A stretch of 61,561 bases of DNA from Octopus sinensis (Eukaryota). The first letter of the stretch is position 1, and every line of letters starts with the position of its first letter. Location of the stretch: the NCBI RefSeq assembly GCF_006345805.1, contig NW_021832556.1:1-61561 (forward strand), written 5' to 3'. The notes beneath the pieces were generated by a model that was not told the origin of the DNA, ran no database searches, and was given only the letters and a program-made list of their open reading frames with translations. Made by a program: the position numbers and the translations under genes. Shown piece by piece: positions 50,147 to 61,561 of the stretch.

Positions 50147-50715
50147 CTCAGGTTTTCTTGGAACTCCTGGAGTCTTGCATGTGTAGTGGGATGGCTGCCT
50201 GCAGTCTACGGTACCATGCTATATGTTCTTTTCAACTATCTAATACTTTCCTGATTACACAGGCCGGCAAACCTTTTGTAACAGTTCTACTGGGAACTCT
50301 ATTCTGATTTCCTTTATATTCCTCTTGATGTCTTCTGATACTGTTCCCCAGGACCCAACAATAATTGGCACTATCTTCACCTTCTTCATTTTCCATAGCC
50401 GGGCTATTTCATACTTAAGAGGGTTGTATATATCTATCTTTTCACCTTCCTTCTCGACTACTTGTTGGTCAGAAGGGCATGCAACATCAACTATATAGCA
50501 CATGTGGTGCATCTTGTCCACCACCACTAGGTCTGGCCTGTTATACCTTAGCACCTGATCTGTTTGGATTGAGAAATCCCAAAGGATTTTGCAAATCCCT
50601 GACTCCACTACTCTCTGTGGTTTGTACTCATACTAAGTCTTGCCTCTCTCTAGCCCCCACTTTTTGTACAGTTTCCAATGTAGCATTAAGAAATATAGAA
50701 GGCCAAGTTATTGTA
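50147..50715 (-). mobile_element. R4/Dong-like restriction-like endonuclease fragment
   Basis: ILWDFSIQTD...NRPDLVVVDK...IVDVACP...KY.PL.YEIARLW..VPIIVG; TAA-type tracts on both sides. Confidence 0.85.
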
Positions 50716-50750
<35 letters not shown>

Positions 50751-50761
50751 CATTATTATTA

Positions 50762-50985
50762 TTAGGTGACAAACTAGCAGAATCATTAACATTTTGGACA
50801 AAATGCTTCGTGCTATTTCTTGCAGCTCTTTACATTCTGAGTTCAAATTCTACTGAAATCAACTCTGCCTTTCATTCTTTCAGATTTGATAAGATTAAGT
50901 ACTATTTGAACCTTGGAGTCAATGTAATCAACTAACCTTTTCCACCAAACTTTAGGCCTTGTGCCTATAGTAGAAAGGATTATTA
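50762..50985 (+). mobile_element. tRNA-derived SINE copy
   Basis: TAGCAGAATCATTAAC...TTCTGAGTTCAAATT...GGCCTTGTGCCTATAGTAGAAAGGATTATT. Confidence 0.85.
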
Positions 50986-50991
50986 CTTGTA

Positions 50992-51560
50992 CAGGGTCTT
51001 TGTCAACTTGACCAAGGCCTTCGGTACAATGAATCATGAAGCACTTTGGAAAATTTGGTCAAAAGCAGGTCTTCCTGATAAAATGATAAAGGTAATAGTT
51101 TCTTTGCACAAAAGAATGATTGCACCCAACTCCAAACATGAACTATGAGCACAGATGGACTAGACATGTTGTTTGAATGTAAGATGATCACATTCCAAAA
51201 ATTCTTTTGTATGGCCAACAATTTGGGGGATTCCATGGTAAAGGAAGTCCTATCTTTAGGTATAAGGTTAAGTTGAAACAATCCCTAAAATCCCTACAGC
51301 TTAATTTAACACCTTGGAAAAGTTGTTGATTAGATCGATCCAAATGGCATAAAGTGTGTTATGATTCATCTAAGCAATTTGAGTTGAAGAAACAGAAGAA
51401 TAATAGAATTATATCCTACAATCAACAAACACATTTGCCCAATTCCAGGGAAAATCGAAATCATCTGTGTCCCCATTGTGACTTCATATTAAAATCCATA
51501 CCTGGACTCATATTACAGTCATACATCCATTGCATGTTGTGTGACTGTAGCTTTTTATAT
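50992..51560 (+). mobile_element. Old RTE LINE fragments (RT piece and terminal finger)
   Basis: VFVNLTKAFGTMNHEALWKI..AGLPDKMIKVIVSLH; LCPHCDFILKS..GL. Confidence 0.65.
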
Positions 51561-53884
51561 TTTTAATCCATTTTTTAAAAAATCCTTTCCTTCAAACACT
51601 CATATGTTGAAATTGATGGGAGTGACCATTATCATCATCATCATCGTAATCATCATTATTATAGTAGAGAGCTTACAAAATCATCAGAGCATTGACAAAA
51701 TGCATTATGAAATTTTTTCAGGCTGTTTACATTCTGAGTTCACATTTCACCAAGGTCAACTTTATCTATCATCCTTCCAGGTTCAATGGAAAGATATCAG
51801 GCCAACAAAATTGTTGGCCAAATAGCTAAGTCAAAAATGATCATCATTATTATTATTGGCAGAATTCATAGAGCTCTGTGATGTTTATTCCAACTCCAAA
51901 TGCTCTGAGTTCAAATTCTGTTGAGGTAAACTTTGCTTTTTTTCCTGCTGGGAGTGATAAAATAAAATAATTTGTGTTGATGCTAATGTCTAACCTCATC
52001 CCCTCATAACTGGTGGCCTGGTGCCTAAATTAGAACCCCCACCACCATCATCAACATTATAATTATTACTATGGTGTTAGTGGAGTTTGAGTATTTGGAT
52101 TTGTTTGCATCACATTTCTGGGAAATAAGTTGTGTTAATATCTTTAGGCTATTGAGAATGGTAATTGAAAGTCAAAAGGTTAAAATAGAAATTTGATTTT
52201 CTACCAGAACATGAAGAATATATTGCAAATGTGAGGAATCAATCATTATAACCAATCAAATCAAATCAGAAAAAAAAAAGTGCTAGGAAAAATTCTTTCA
52301 GTCTAAACAAAGACTCTTAGCTCTTAATTAAATTGTTTCTTCTGTAGACAAGTCTTTGGGATATTTCAGGAGTAAATATGGAGAACTTATGGCATTCATG
52401 CCTCTCCTAAAACCGTTTATATTAATTCTTAAATGTTAAATTTTATAAATAACAACATTTTTATGAGAAGACAGTCTTTTCAGTCCTGTTTGACACAGAG
52501 AAAAGCTCAATAGCACCCATTAACAATGCTCCACTCACAAAAGCCAATTGCTTGCTGAACTACCAAAGCAGCTGTGATCAAATGAAGCAGTTGCCAAGCG
52601 AATGAGAGAAAAGTAGCTTTAGCCCTGTCGAGAGACCTGTTGCTCATTTCCAGTTTCAAATTTGTACTTACAAAGTCTAATGTCTTTAACTGTAATATCC
52701 TAGCATTTAATATATAATTTTAATTGTTTTCAATAAGTGTTTTCATGATTTGTAAAACAAAAAGAAATAACATGAGAAGAAAATCAGAAGAGTTGGACAA
52801 CTTGAATTTTCAAGATATCAGATGCTGTAGTTCAATACGTGTCACAATCAATTCACATGCACGTGATTTGTAGAAACAAAAACATAAACTGAAAATCCCA
52901 GGAAAATAAACAAAATGTATAAAAAATTTTACTGGGGATTTTTCAGTGACAAATACTTTGAGAAGAAAAGAAAAAAGTAAAAGAATTTCAAATCATACAT
53001 GAAAATGATAATAATAATTATTATTATATCATATATCTGTAAATGTTAATAGTTAAAACAATAGTGATATTTTAATGAACATTAGCCATGCAACACACAA
53101 GCAACAAAAACTATATAGATTCAAAGGTAAGCAAAGAGTTGAGACACTTGCTAAAATTTCACCAAGAAGCAAATAGGGCTGGTAGTTTTACCTTCAATAC
53201 GCCTCGTTCATGTGGAAGGTCTACGCCTTGTATATGAGCCTATATCATTAGAAAAGCATTTTATCAGAGACGTGACTGGAATTTATTTTACCTACCACCA
53301 TGGCAAACAGAACTTTAGAAAACTATGGGGAAGAGAGGGATAGATAGCTTTTAACTGATACCCTAGCAGACTTTAGGGATGCTATAGAATGAGACAATTT
53401 TACCAGGCAGATTTTAGGATAAGATGTTAACAAATTTAACTGGTATCATGGTGGCTTTTAGAAACTGTAGTGTAGACAATTTAGGTACCTGAGTACAAAG
53501 TACTATAGAAGACTATAGAGGAAATAATTTCTTATAGTACCATAGAATACCATGCTACAGATAATTTCATCTAATACTAAAGCTTATTGTACTATAGAAG
53601 ATTACAAGGGAGACCATTACATCTGGCACCAAGTTGAGAGTGTAAATATGTCAGTTTGAGAAAACAATTAGTAAAAGCATGATACATGTGCCAAGCCATG
53701 CTCATTAGTGAGTGACATCTTTTACAATTAGAGAGTCAAGTACATGTCAAGCCTGTGGGCATTGTCTAGTTCACGTATTTATCATTTTTCACAAGCATAC
53801 CTGTTCAACCTCTCAGCTAATAATAGGGTTAAAATTTGATCTCAAAATATGTTAACCTGAACATGAGAGCACACATATATATAT

Positions 53885-54425
53885 ATATATTTATAGGAAG
53901 TTAATTATATGGCCCGCCATAGAGTGATCAGTGGTTTTGCATCCATCTGTGTTACCTTACTAGCACTTGTGGTGGTGGCATGTGAAATAGCGAGGTCGTT
54001 GCCTGTACCGCTGGACTGGCTCCTCTGCAAGTGGCACATAAAAAGCACCATATGAGCATGGCCATTGCCAGTACTGCCTGACAGGCCCTCGTGCCGGTGG
54101 CACATAAAAGCACCCACTGCACTCTCGGAGTGGTTGGCATTAGGAAGGGCATCCAGCTGTAGAAACGCTGCCAGATCAGATTGGAGTCTGGTGCAGCCAT
54201 CTGGTTCGCCAGACCTCAGTCAAATTATCCAACCCATGCTAGCGTGGAAAGCGGACGTTAAACGATGATGATGATGAAAGTGCTTAGCCTTATAGATAGT
54301 TCATTGAACTCTAATGGCTGTGGGCATATAATTTCTTTTCTGATGAGCTTTCTATAAGGCTTTGAAGATGTGAAACCATTGGTTGTTCTATGACTGGCTA
54401 TATAATTAACTTCCTATAAATATAT
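53885..54425. mobile_element. MITE-like TIR element interrupted by an RTE-X-like 3' tail (~53960-54278)
   Basis: TATATTTATAGGAAGTTAATTATATGGCC mirrored 28/29 at 54396-54424; weaker pairing extends to ~60 bp. Confidence 0.8.
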
Positions 54426-55169
54426 TACAGCTCTAATGTTTAGAGTGTGCTTCTTTGATATATGATCTACTGAATATATATATATATATACACAAACACA
54501 CACACATACATATATATGTGTGTGTGTTTGTATGTATAGTTGATGGCATCTTCAGGAGACAGAAATAACTTATGATAGCTTTTAATAATTCCAATAGTAT
54601 AGAGGGAATAGTTATTTTTGAGGTGATTTGAAATTAAAATTGTGAACTACAAAATTACATAATTACATGTATATATATATATCATATATGTATAATACTA
54701 AATTACATAATATAAGCTATAAAGCAAGTCATCAAGCAGTCTACATTGTGTTCTAGCAAAGAAACTTCCATGCAGTCATTGGCCCCTGCTTGGTCTAACA
54801 GCTCAATCAACAAACACAATCAGACTTAAACATCATGTCCCACAGTGTACACAGGGTTGTTGGGAGATCAATCTCTCAATCCATAATCTTTGCCTTAGAT
54901 TAGCCTAAATACAATTAACCAGGTCAGTTTAATTACTCTGTAATAGTTTACAGTAAGTAGAGAAGTATTGCTGTGAATTTTTTTTTTTTTTTTGTTTTAC
55001 TGACAACATTCTAATATTGAAAATTACTTAAAAATCTTTAATTAATTAGTGAATATCTGAATTATGGGATTTATGTATTATTAAATTTCTTATTTCTTTT
55101 TCTGATTATTAAATCTCAAAATTATTTAATTAGTAAATTATCAATTATATTTCTGTTGAAATGTGCTAA

Positions 55170-55600
55170 CATGGTTTTAATTGATTTTGAAAATAATGAA
55201 GAATTTAACAAAATAACTTTATCCTTACTGTACACTTTTTTTTACCATATTTCTGCTGAAATATACTGTTTCAATTCATTTTTAAAATAATGAAGAATTT
55301 AGTAATAAAATAACTTTGTCCTTAATAAGCTGGTGCATGGAACATAAATTAGCATAAAATTTGACGGAAGGTTTTGATTTACATCAATTTAACCCATTTG
55401 TCACAATATTTTTGTTGAAATACATTGCCTTTTTTGTCAAATAATTTTGAAGAGAATGAAGAATTTAGTAAAATAACTGTCATTGTTAAGCTGGTGTTTA
55501 GAACATAAATTGACATGAAATTTTGATGGACGGTTTCTATTTAGATCATTAGAAACAGGAGGCTTGTATCATAGAGCTAAGAGCAGTCTCTGGCAGGTTG
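55170..55600 (+). repeat. Degenerate tandem units of an AT-rich dispersed repeat
   Basis: GAAAATAATGAAGAATTTAGTAAAATAACT-like block recurs three times; AAGCTGGTG..GAACATAAATT recurs twice. Confidence 0.6.
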
Positions 55601-55856
55601 GTATCAAAAGAATTTAATTACTAAATTGCTGAATTATTTAATATATAGATTATTTGATTTATGAATTATCATACATTTTAATTATTAAACCTCTAAACTA
55701 TTTAATCTCTGATTAAATAAATCTGAAATTATTAAATATTTGAATACAAAATTTCATTTACTGTTAGAATGATTTAATTTCTGAAATATTAAACCTCACA
55801 AATATTTAATCTCTTTTAATCATTGTTTACCTTAGGCATTATTTACCTTTCTTTTC

Positions 55857-55889
<33 letters not shown>

Positions 55890-55943
55890 TTAATAATAAT
55901 AATAACAATAATAATAACCACCACCACCACCACTATCATCAGT

Positions 55944-56558
55944 AAGGTAGTGATCTGGCAGAATCGTTAGCATGCAGGGCGAAATGCTTAGCGGTGTTTC
56001 GTCTGCCGCTATGTTCTGAGTTCAAATTCTGTTAAGATTGACTTTGCTTTTCATCCTTTGAGGGTCGATTAAATGAGTACCAGTTATGCACTGGGATCGA
56101 TGTAATCGACTTAATCCCTTCCCCTAAATTTGAGGCCTTGTGCTTCCAGTAGAAAGGATTATTATTATTATTATCATTATTGTTATTAAAGTGATGAGCC
56201 AGCAGAATCATTAGCGTGCTGGGTGAAATGCTTAGCGGTATTTCGCCTGTCACTATGTTCTGAGTTCAAATCCCACCAAGGTTGACTTTGTCTTTCATCC
56301 TTTTCGGATCGATAAAATAAGTACCAGTTGAATACTGGGGTCAATGTAATTGACTTATCTCCTCCCCCAAAACTGCTGCTCTCGTAGCAAAATTTGAAAC
56401 CATTATTATTATAATGAATACTTTCAAACTACGTCAAGGTCAACCTTGCCTTTCATCCTTTCAGGGTTGATAAATTAAGCACCAGTTGAATACTGGGGTC
56501 ATGTGATCGACTGTCGCCTTGACCACAAAATCCAGGCCTTGTGCCTATAGTAGAAAGG
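55944..56558 (+). mobile_element. Tandem run of three tRNA-derived SINE copies (55944-56158, ~56188-56400, partial ~56436-56558) separated by (ATT)n tails
   Basis: Repeated TGGCAGAATCGTTAGC / GTTCTGAGTTCAAAT / CCTTTCATCC / GTAGAAAGGATT blocks. Confidence 0.88.
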
Positions 56559-56590
<32 letters not shown>

Positions 56591-56592
<2 letters not shown>

Positions 56593-59500
56593 TATGTTTG
56601 ACTTTTGCTTTATATTTGTACAAATTGGCTCCAAGTCTCACCCAGAGACCTCAAGAGGCAACAGGTTGGAAGTTCATATTGTTGTTATGCCTAGTGTGCC
56701 ATATATTTAGTTTTGTACTTAGTGTTGTACTAGTGAATGCCTGAAAAAAAAAAAAAAATACGAAAGTTATGTTTGTTTTTAAAACTTGAGGTTACGTAGA
56801 AAGTATTTTGCATAGGATATGAGCAGTTCCCATGAGAACTATCTTTTGAATTTCTGCCATTTTGGGGTTTCCCGGTATCTGAGTTAGGTAGCAATCAGCC
56901 CCTTTTGCTATCATTCCCAGGGCACCTATGACAACAGGTATTGTTTTAGTCTTCAGGTTACACATTTTGCTGATTTCTATTTCAAGATCTTTATATTTGC
57001 TCAGTTTTTGGTAGGTCTTGACAAATATGTTTATATCGATTGGGACAGTCATAGCAATGAGGAGGCATGTTTTTTTTTGTCTGAAGTCTTTTACTATGAT
57101 GCCTGGCCTATTTGCATCTATCTTTCTGTCAGTTTGAATGGGAAAGTTCCAGAGAAGTGAGATGCGGTCATTTTCAAGCACTGGAGGTGGTTTGTGTTCC
57201 CACCAGTTTTTTTCATTGGGCAAATCCAGGTTTTTGCAGATTACCCAGTGAATATATTGTGCAGCTCTATCATGCCTGTTGAGATACTCTGTAGGCGCTA
57301 GAAGACTGCACTTGGAGACAACATGATCAATGGTTTCATTTTGTTGTTGACATACACGACATGTTGGGCTACTCCCATTCTTTAATATGTTGGCCTGGTA
57401 GTTCCTTGTTGGTAGGCATTGATCTTGAGCTGCTATGATAAACCCTTCTGTTTCAGATTTTAAGCCAGAGGCCATTAGCCCTTGATGTGTCAGGGCTTTG
57501 TCAACATCTGCATTATTCGCTGTCTTTGAGTATTTGCCATAGAGAGGTTTTTCTTGCCATTTATCATTCAGAATATCTAAGGCAGCAGTTTTAGCATGGG
57601 TTTTCATGCGTTTAGCTTTTTCTGTGCTTGTTTCTTGTATGTCTAATTCCGAAATTTGTTGTATTCGGAATTCACTTAGATATTCCTTTGCCTGTTTTGT
57701 TACTGAGTATGATGCTTTCTTGTTTTCATGTTTTGAGACAAGCTTTAACATCCAGTCCTCAGAGTTTTTCAGGTAGGTGTCTAGGCCAATTGTAGCAATC
57801 TTCATTGTTAATGCCAGTTGTAAAAGTCCACGGCCTCCCTCTTTTCTTGGCAGATAAAGTCGTTCTATATCTGCCTTAGGGTGGTGCATTCTATGCATTG
57901 TCAACAGTTTTCGTATTTTTCTGTCAAGATTACATATTTCAGTAATTGACCAGTTAACGATGTTGAAACTGTAAGCCACGACTGGTATGGCTAAAGCATT
58001 GATCGCTTCGATCCTGTTTCTCGCCTTTAGCTCTGTCTTGAGCATTGCTCTTACTCTGCAATAACATTCTCTCCTGATCCTTTCCTTCATCACTGAATGC
58101 CTTATTCCATCCCTTCAATTACCCCTAGGTACTTGTAGCTCTCCACTGGGTCTAATTCTTTTATGACATTCTACTGGTCAAGGTTAACGTTAGATGTTTC
58201 TGTCATTTTTCCTTTGATAAAGGTAGCTTTTGCACATTTATCGAGGTCAAATTGCATTCTGATGTCATCGCTGAATTGTTTAACAATCGTTAGTAAGCCC
58301 TTGAGTTGATGGTCATTTTTTGCAAAGAGCTTTAAATCATCCATGTAAATGAGATGATTTATATTTTTATCAAACATTTTATATCCGTGCTGCGCGTCAT
58401 TGAGCAATTTTGAGAAGAAGAGGAGTGGTGATAGTGAGTCACCCTGGAAAATGCCACATGAAATTTTTACATCGCCAGCATTTAGAGAGTCATTGTCACT
58501 GTTCAAAGTTAGTGTGGTTCTCCATGATCTCATACTTACAGACAAAAAGTTTCACAGTGTAGGTGCTATTTTATACATTTCCAGGCATTTCTTAATCCAG
58601 CTATGTGGTAGGCTATCAAAAGCCTTTTTATAGTCTACCCAGGCTATCGACAAGTTTTTGTGTTGTTTGTGACAATCTTCTAGGATCATCTTATTGATGA
58701 ATAGTTGATCTTTACAACCATAGGATCCACGTTTATATCCTTTCTGTTCATTAGGGAATATGCTGCCGTCTGTTAAAAAACTATAGGTATATTCTGTCAG
58801 GACAGATGTTAGCGTTTTATACATAGTTGTTAAGCAGGTTATGGGTCTATAGTTTTTTGGTTCATTTGTTTCTTCACTTTTTGGAAGCAGGAATGTTAAT
58901 CCATTAACTATCCAAGCAGACATCCTACTAGGGTGTTTCAAAACATCATCGTACAGTTCTGTTAGCAGTTCCTGGCTCTCTGGGAAGGCATTCAGCCAGA
59001 AGTTAGGAATTTTATCCTTTCCTGGAGACTTCCATTTGCTTGACCTCCTGAGAGCAGATCTTATATCTTCTACCTTGACACCCTCCCACTTTTTCTCTTC
59101 TAAGGAGTCCAGTTCTGCAGATATTCTATCAATCCAGGGGATCTTTTCGTTGTGTGTTTTTTCTTCTGCCCAAATTTTATTCCAAATTCCCTGCACTTCT
59201 TTTGATGGTACAAACTTTACAGTAGCTGGTGTTTTTCCTATCTTCCTGTAAACATTTTTGGGGTTATTTTTGAACATGTTGTTTTCCTTGTAGAATCTAA
59301 CACACTTTTCATACCTAGCTATGAGGGCAGCTTTAGCAGATACCTTTTGCTTGATGGTTTCTATGGTGGCATCAATATCAAGTATAGTTTTCATATCATA
59401 TTTTTTCATTAATTTTTGGGCTTTTGTAGGTTTGGTAGTCTTGTCAGCCTTAAGGTTTTTCAAATATTCAATGTCAGACCTAAATAAGTTAATTTGTTGT

Positions 59501-59600
59501 TGCAAACGCTCTTGCCAAGAAGGTTTTTTGTGGGAATGTTGCCGTTTTCTAATCTTTTCACCACATAGAATCGTTGAGATTTTCGCGGATGCGTAGTACA
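56591..59600 (-). mobile_element. R4/Dong-clade non-LTR element, 5'-truncated (RT, CCHC, RLE), decayed, between (TAA)n tracts
   Basis: WKSPGKDKI, NYRPITCL, DYKKAFDSLPH, GIFQGDSLSPLLF, YMDDLKLF, CRVC..ETIDHVVSKC, NRPG (catalytic PD altered); three frame segments. Confidence 0.95.
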
Positions 59601-59640
59601 GGTGGTGGTGGTGGTTATTATTATTATTATTATTATTATT

Positions 59641-59868
59641 AAGGTGGCAAGCTGGCAGAAACATGTGTACACTGGGCAGAATGTTTAGCGGCAGTTTCGT
59701 CTGTCTTTACATCCTGAGTTCAAATTCCACTGAGGTCAACTTTGCCTTTCATCCTTTTGGGGTCGATGAAATAAGTACCAGTGGAACACTGGGGAAGGAG
59801 GTCGATGTAATTAACTAGTCCCTCCCCCCAACAAATTTCAGGTCTTGTGTCTTAAGTAGAAAGAATGA
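59641..59868 (+). mobile_element. tRNA-derived SINE copy
   Basis: AAGGTGGCAAGCTGGCAGAA...CTGAGTTCAAATTCC...GTAGAAAGAATGATTATT. Confidence 0.88.
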
Positions 59869-59887
59869 TTATTATTATTATTAAAAT

Positions 59888-59922
<35 letters not shown>

Positions 59923-60440
59923 TTATTATTATTATTAAAAAAAGAAATTTTCAATAGTTTCAAAATGCAATCACGACACAAAAGAATATGAAGAGAGCTA
60001 CGATAAAAGAAATCGGAAGCTTAGTGAAACTTTGATAGGTTTTTTTTCCAAGTAGTTTCTTTGTAGGAAAATAGAAAGTAGGAGAAAAATAGAGACAAAG
60101 AGAATAAGAGAGAGAAAACTATAGAAATATAACATCAGTTAGCTATTATCATACATCATGCCAACTAAAATGTTAGATTTTAGAACCATGCATATACGTT
60201 TAGAATTAGAATTTAGAAGGAAATCAAAGTGCCAGAGATACTAAAAGGATAAACTATGCAATATGAAAACAGTTATGAGACAAATACGTGTGTGTGTGTG
60301 TGTGCTTGTATGTATGTTTGTGTGTTTGTATGTATGTGTCTGTGCATGAATGTATCTACATGCATATATTTCCACAAATCTCTATTCATACACATATAGA
60401 TTTCTAAATATATGCACACACACACATACATGTGTGTGTG

Positions 60441-60492
<52 letters not shown>

Positions 60493-61269
60493 GTCTGCTC
60501 TGAAACAAAGCTTGACCACTTCAAGCATTAACTCCTTAAGTGTGAACAGATATGGACTTTGAACCCAGAGACCAAAAGGAGAAGCACACTCCAAATCTTT
60601 AGAGCAGTAATACTAAATGGTTGTTGCTTATGGCTGGTCAGGGAGTGATCATTGATATAAAGGACTCAGTCAGGGGCACATAATCTCTCTACAATAGGAA
60701 GTTGGAAAAAGTATTGGTCAGCCAGCATCAAAAACAAATCCTGATAAACTCCTTTTTCTTAATATATAAAATCTGTAACCCACTTCAAATAATATATACA
60801 TACATATATAAGTATATATATGCACACACAGAGACACACACACACAAACACACACACATGACTACTTTCTCTCAGTTTCCATCAATCATATCCATTCACA
60901 AGGCTTGGATTGGCCTCGGATTATAGCCGAACACTCTTGCCCATTGTGTTTATCCATGCTTGCATGGGTCAAATGGAATTCACTGAGGCACATTTCTATG
61001 CCTTGATGCCCTTACTATTATCAAGGTGCACATGTCTGTTACACACACACACACATATATAGACACACACACACATGCAAACACACATATATACAACAGG
61101 CTTCTTAGTTTCTGTTGACCAAATTTACTCACAAGGCTTTAGTCAGATTGGGGCTATTGCAGAAGATACTTGCTTAAGGTGTCACAGAATGAGATTGAAT
61201 CAAGAACCATGTAGTTGGGGAGCAAATGTCACATCTGCACCTAATTCTCTCTCTCTCCTCTGTTTCTTT

Positions 61270-61308
<39 letters not shown>

Positions 61309-61438
61309 TACTAATATAGGATGAAGTTTTTTTACACAAAAAAAAATTCCATTAAAAAATGTGGCAGCATATTAAAACATATTTAAGGTTAAAATTATAA
61401 ACAACTTATAAATAAGGGCTAAAGAAAATTATTTCTAT

Positions 61439-61560
61439 GCCAATATGCTGATAACAGACTTTTAAATTGTTAATTTCCATATATTATTTACTCGCTATAG
61501 AAAACACGAAGAGCTGAAATCGAGGAAAGTCAGCCAAAAGTTTGTTATCAGCATATTGGC
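61439..61560. repeat. Short foldback / MITE-like element, 25-bp arms
   Basis: GCCAATATGCTGATAACAGACTTTT vs AAAAGTTTGTTATCAGCATATTGGC, 24/25 complementary. Confidence 0.85.
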
Positions 61561-61561
61561 T

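Noticed and set aside
52888-52947. Short inverted repeat ACTGAAAATCCCAG / CTGGGGATTTTTCAGT
   Set aside because: Only 14 bp with two indels in AT-rich DNA; not distinguishable from chance or a decayed repeat.
55944-56060. tRNA genes at SINE heads (also 59641, 50762, 43396, 49950)
   Set aside because: A- and B-box-like motifs are present, but no cloverleaf, and they continue into SINE bodies and (ATT)n tails.
21500-59600. Any autonomous, active retrotransposon
   Set aside because: Every RT or endonuclease ORF is 5'-truncated and carries stops or frameshifts.
25016-61314. Many short ORFs rich in YI, CV, HT, II or NN runs
   Set aside because: Translations of (TA)n, (CA)n and (AAT)n microsatellites.

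Overview
Eukaryotic, AT-rich, microsatellite-laden DNA. The repeat complement looks like a coleoid cephalopod, probably Octopus (inference from recalled repeat families). Bases 1-20443 are a tandem satellite of a 75-bp monomer (about 270 copies, left end outside the window). It shows irregular multi-monomer block duplications, a tri-allelic CG/CA/TG site, and a last monomer split in register by a 415-bp insert. Five phase-compatible GT-AG exons on the minus strand (44589-44834, 41377-41511, 39550-39701, 28994-29093, 21001-21066) splice into 233 aa of a VPS13A/C-type lipid transfer protein, so the window is probably intragenic and the satellite intronic. The introns hold decayed RTE, RTE-X-like, R4/Dong-like and Penelope-like retroelements, tRNA-derived SINEs and several foldback/MITE-like elements. 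The most unusual signal is a cluster of three minimal type-I hammerhead-ribozyme-like motifs within 1.3 kb; two carry the compensatory U3-A8 core and one sits inside a TIR element. No intact transposon ORF, CRISPR array or prokaryotic system is present.
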